NCBI GenBank assembly: GCA_002633005.1
Contig: NMRA01000873.1
Span: 48,192-112,191 of the forward strand
Length of the DNA stretch: 64,000 nucleotides
From: Phoronis australis
Taxonomy: Eukaryota > Animalia > Phoronida
Direction of reading: 5' to 3'
In this document: positions 60,229 through 64,000 of the stretch, piece after piece
Layout of the letters: every line of letters starts with the position of its first letter
How positions within the stretch are numbered: the first letter of the stretch is position 1
Notes under the pieces: generated by a model
Told to the model about the DNA's origin: nothing
What the model saw: the letters and a program-made list of their open reading frames with translations, nothing else
The model's database searches: none
Made by a program: the position numbers and the translations under genes

Positions 60229-61329
60229 TGATATGGAAGAGATACTGCCAGTTTATTGTAAAAATACTTTTTCCAGTATTTAAAGTACAGTACAGACAAA
60301 ATACCGCTTCCTCATCATAGCGTGGTGATGTCCAGTTGCGTTCAATCGTCATGATGAGGAATTCCGCATCATTTTCTCCAGTTGTTTTTACCATATACTG
60401 TAACTAGGAAATCAATGCACTATGATTGCAGATGTCTCTGTGAGCCCTCAGGGTCAAAGGCCAGTGGCAGAAGTCAAAGGTCAAGGCTATGGCAGAGGAA
60501 GTGGTAATTCTTGAAGAAAAGTTTTACGGAATTGAACGACAACCTTGCCAGAATGACTAACAAGATTATACTTTGTTTCACTGTATTAGCTTTTAGTTGT
60601 TTTGAATTGAATTTTCTCAAATGTGTTATAATTATCTGATTTTTTATCAGTTGGGCACATTTTTCAAAATGTCTGGTACTTATTAATGGTATGGTTTGTA
60701 ATTTTCATTGTATGTAGGAAAATATTGGATACTGCTTTAGATTTTATTCTGTGCATTTTGGTACAGTTTTTACTGTTTTATGATAATTATATTTTGTGAT
60801 TTCAGTATCCTAAAGAGGTAGAACTAGATATTTTGAAAGTTTTGTGTGTTTGAAGTCTTAGTTTGAAAACATTCTGCTGTCACGACAACTGACGTACTTT
60901 TAGGTTCCAAAGAATGTTTCATCTGAAATGTTTAGAAAGTCTTTCCCACCTCATTTTAACTAAAAACCGATTGCAGTAAAATGGAAGTTTTGCTGCCACA
61001 TTTGTTTAAAGTTCATTTCACCACTGATGTTTAACTGTCAATGTTGAATACTAAATTGAAGTTCTTTCATTTGGTGGAATAAAAGCCCCAATTTGATTTT
61101 TGTATTTAGCAAACTAAACAGGGTGGAACGTAGCTTTATGTAGTTGTTACCCTTTTGTTTTTACAAATTGTGAATCTTTTAATTTGATAACACGATGACA
61201 TCAACATAGTTTGTGCTTTTTTAACGTAACTTTGAAATTGTTCAAGATCCTTCACACTCCTTGCAGTGCTAATTGAAATCACAAACTGGTGAAAGTGGAA
61301 TAAATTAAGTCAGTGGTGGTAAATGAACC

Positions 61330-61502
61330 ATTGAAGCACTCAGTGACCTGCACTGAAGCACTCAGTGACCTGCACTGAAGCACTGAGTGACCTGCATTGA
61401 AGCACTCAGTGACCTGCATTGAAGCACTCAGTGACCTACATTGAAGCACTCAGTGACCTGCATTGAAGCCCTTAGTGACATGCATTGAAGCATTCAGTGA
61501 AC
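61330..61502. repeat. 22-bp minisatellite, ~8 copies
   Basis: Unit tgaagcactcagtgacctgca(c/t). Confidence 0.95.
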
Positions 61503-62639
61503 CCTCTTTTAGCCCATGGTTTTATTTTGTGTAATTAGGGATGCTAACAGGCAGCCACTATTAAAAAGTCAATGAAAATAAGATGTTCTAAATCAAAGCC
61601 GTGAACCAAAACAATGGCTTTTGAATAGGGGGACTCTTGGGCTACATATAAACATTCAAGATGGGACTATTTTATTGTGGTGTGTGCATTCAAGATGTAG
61701 GGTTGTGATTTGTCTAATTTGATGTTTGACAATTGTGAGGGTTGATGGGATCTCAGTTGGAATTGGCACCATGATAAATGTTATACTTTTACTTTGACAG
61801 TTGTTTTGTGAAAGGTAATGCATTAAGATGAATAAAATGGAAGTAAACAATCACACATAAACTTTGTTTTGATTTTCTCTCGTTTTCTGCAACACTGGTA
61901 GAACATTGTTCAAGACATGAGCTTGAACACAGTCCGCCATTGTCATTTGTATTATAAGTCCATTCTGAGGATCAGCGCAGAGTTGGACAGCCGGTTCAAT
62001 TCTTTTTTTGCAGGAAGCGGGGGCTCCCCCCAAAAATTTCAGGCGTCAGGGTTAAACCGTGGCAGCCGACATACGCGTGGGGCGGGACAGTAGAGAAAAG
62101 AAAGACTGCTAAATCCGGATAAGTTAGAAAATTCAAGAGAACATTACAACTCTGTATCAGTGCATGGTTTACCTTTTGAGGACCTTGGCTAGGACATTGT
62201 TGTTGGGGTTTCCGCCTTCGCAGCACAGGTCGTTTGAATGCACTTGAAAACGTGCACATATTTCGAAAAATTTGTAAAGCGAAGCGTTTGCGGAGCGTAT
62301 TAATTTTCGGCATTTTTAAATTCGATAAGTTAATTTTGGTACTGCAAAACAACACTTTTCCAGAGTCCCCTCTCTGGCAAAGGATAAAAGAGACAACTGT
62401 TTCTTTTTTATAGAATTGTATATCACTTGAGAAAACTTGCTGACCTGGCAGATATCATCAATTGCTGTACATTTTTTGATATTTCAAAGTATAGATATTT
62501 TCATAATGAGGGCCCCACCCTTGAAGGTGGCCATTGGTTCAACTGGCCACCCTTTTTCTTTCTATTGACAAATTCTTATGGGTCCACTCACGGAGAGAGG
62601 GATCAAAGTTGGATTCGATTACATCGACTAGTTTCCTGT

Positions 62640-63240
62640 TTTTGTTTATTTATTTTATTGTTTATTTATAAATGTAATATTTACGATGAGGGTAGCCCCA
62701 TCAGTTCACACTGCTTTCCATGGGGGCCCTCAGTAAAAACAAACAGAAAGTAAGACAAAAACAGAATTAAAAAAGGAAAGAATATTTAAATAATAAGCAA
62801 AGAACAAGAAATTAACACGGATAGACTAATGAAACAAAATAATAAAATATGATAAATAGAAGATAAAGAAATTAAGACAAGATATAATTAAGTAAAATAT
62901 AAATAATTAAAAACAGACAATAAATAATAAAAGTAAGACATCACATAAATATACACGCCTGATACATATGCACTCTTACACACTACATGAAGTTAAATCT
63001 ATTATAATTCTTTTAAAGGTTATAAGGATAATGTAGATTTGGCATCTGCAGTGAGAGAGTTCCATAACTAGGGCCCGCTGGAGGAAAATGATTTTTTCGT
63101 TACTGCATTTAGGAAGATTGAAATTTGATGATAATGAGGGCCTAGTATTGTAGCAATTAGTGGTCACCTGAAACTTAGCATGTTGGAACAAGACCTTTAA
63201 ACATACAACAAGTAGATAGGAATTGATTTCTTGTGTGAAT
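62640..63240 (-). mobile_element. L2/CR1-type LINE 3' end
   Basis: Minus strand NCYNTRPSLSSNFNLPKC and GP.LWNSL-like C-terminal motifs, then a 3' stem-loop gagggcccccatggaaagcag...ctgatggggctaccctc and a (TAAA)n-like tail. Confidence 0.6.
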
Positions 63241-63399
63241 TTTTATAATTTCAGTCTCTTTATGAAGGCTTTCAGTGTTAATATCTCTAACTCCAGCTCC
63301 CAGAATAATCCGGGCAGCCCTATTTTGGATAACCTGGATCGATAATGGTTTTCACATCCTTGTCTGATGCAACGCCCCACACCGGGAGGCAATAATCTA

Positions 63400-63860
63400 G
63401 GTGAAGTTGAATGAAAGCATTAAAAAGGGTTTTTTAACACAAAAGTAGTGTGGATTGGAAGTAGAAAATTCTCTCAAGAAGTGTTTCACCGCACGCGTTG
63501 GAAACCAAAATGGGGTGACCTTGATTTTAAGCTTCTGGGTATTAATTTCAGCGTGAACTTGAATACCATGTACAAAGATAACTTTGATGCAAAAATAATG
63601 GAAATGAAGAGTCTGATTAATATATGGTCTCGTAGAAAGCTGACTCTCTTTGGAAAGGTCACAGTATTTTAATACTATAAAAAACACTTGTGCTTTCAAA
63701 AATTATACATCTGCTAATGCTGATCCCAAGTCCCAATGATACTACTTTTAGGGATATTGAAACTTTGTTTTTTAAATTCATTAGGGAAGGAAAACCTGAT
63801 AAAATAAAAGAGGAGTACTCATTAAATCCATAGAAGAGAGTGGATTGATGAAAATTTAAT
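63400..63860 (+). mobile_element. L1/Tx1-like LINE ORF2 fragment (post-RT region), frameshifted
   Basis: WIGSRK...FKLLGINFS...INIWSRRKLTLFGKVTV / IKTLVLSKIIHLL..IPSP...LFFKFI..GKPDKIK. Confidence 0.8.
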
Positions 63861-64000
63861 ATGTCTGTCACGTTTTCCACGTGTTTCGGTGGGCGCAGGT
63901 TGTCACAGACCGGTGCTAATAGCTTTCGGTGCGAGGATTGACTGAAGACTGGTTCGAGTTAATCCTTTATTAATCCCGACCGTACGTTCACAAGCCTACT

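Noticed and set aside
61330-61502. Short regular repeats (also 47015-47350) as a CRISPR array
   Set aside because: Units are contiguous with no unique spacers, no cas genes are present, and the context is a spliced eukaryotic locus.

Overview
AT-rich, intron-rich eukaryotic DNA, most consistent with an invertebrate animal (phylum not determined). Three genes were reconstructed by hand. (1) A single-coding-exon 633-aa protein (7439-9340, +) with a predicted N-terminal acylation signal, seven ~60-aa helical repeats and a C-terminal dynein-stalk microtubule-binding-domain (MTBD)-like module but no motor domain; this is the most unusual item. (2) REXO1, a DEDDh RNA exonuclease (17 coding exons, 11553-31948, -). 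(3) A TUT4/TUT7-type terminal uridylyltransferase (about 25 coding exons, 36557-~60228, +), head-to-head with REXO1. Intergenic and intronic DNA holds a TTAA-flanked THAP-bearing Kolobok-like transposon with nested elements, a DIRS-like 254-bp perfect hairpin present in only one of two near-identical copies around an N, Penelope-like GIY-YIG fragments (one with hammerhead-like inverted ends), tRNA-derived short elements, MITEs, LINE relics and mini/microsatellites. All family assignments come from motif recognition by eye; no searches were run.
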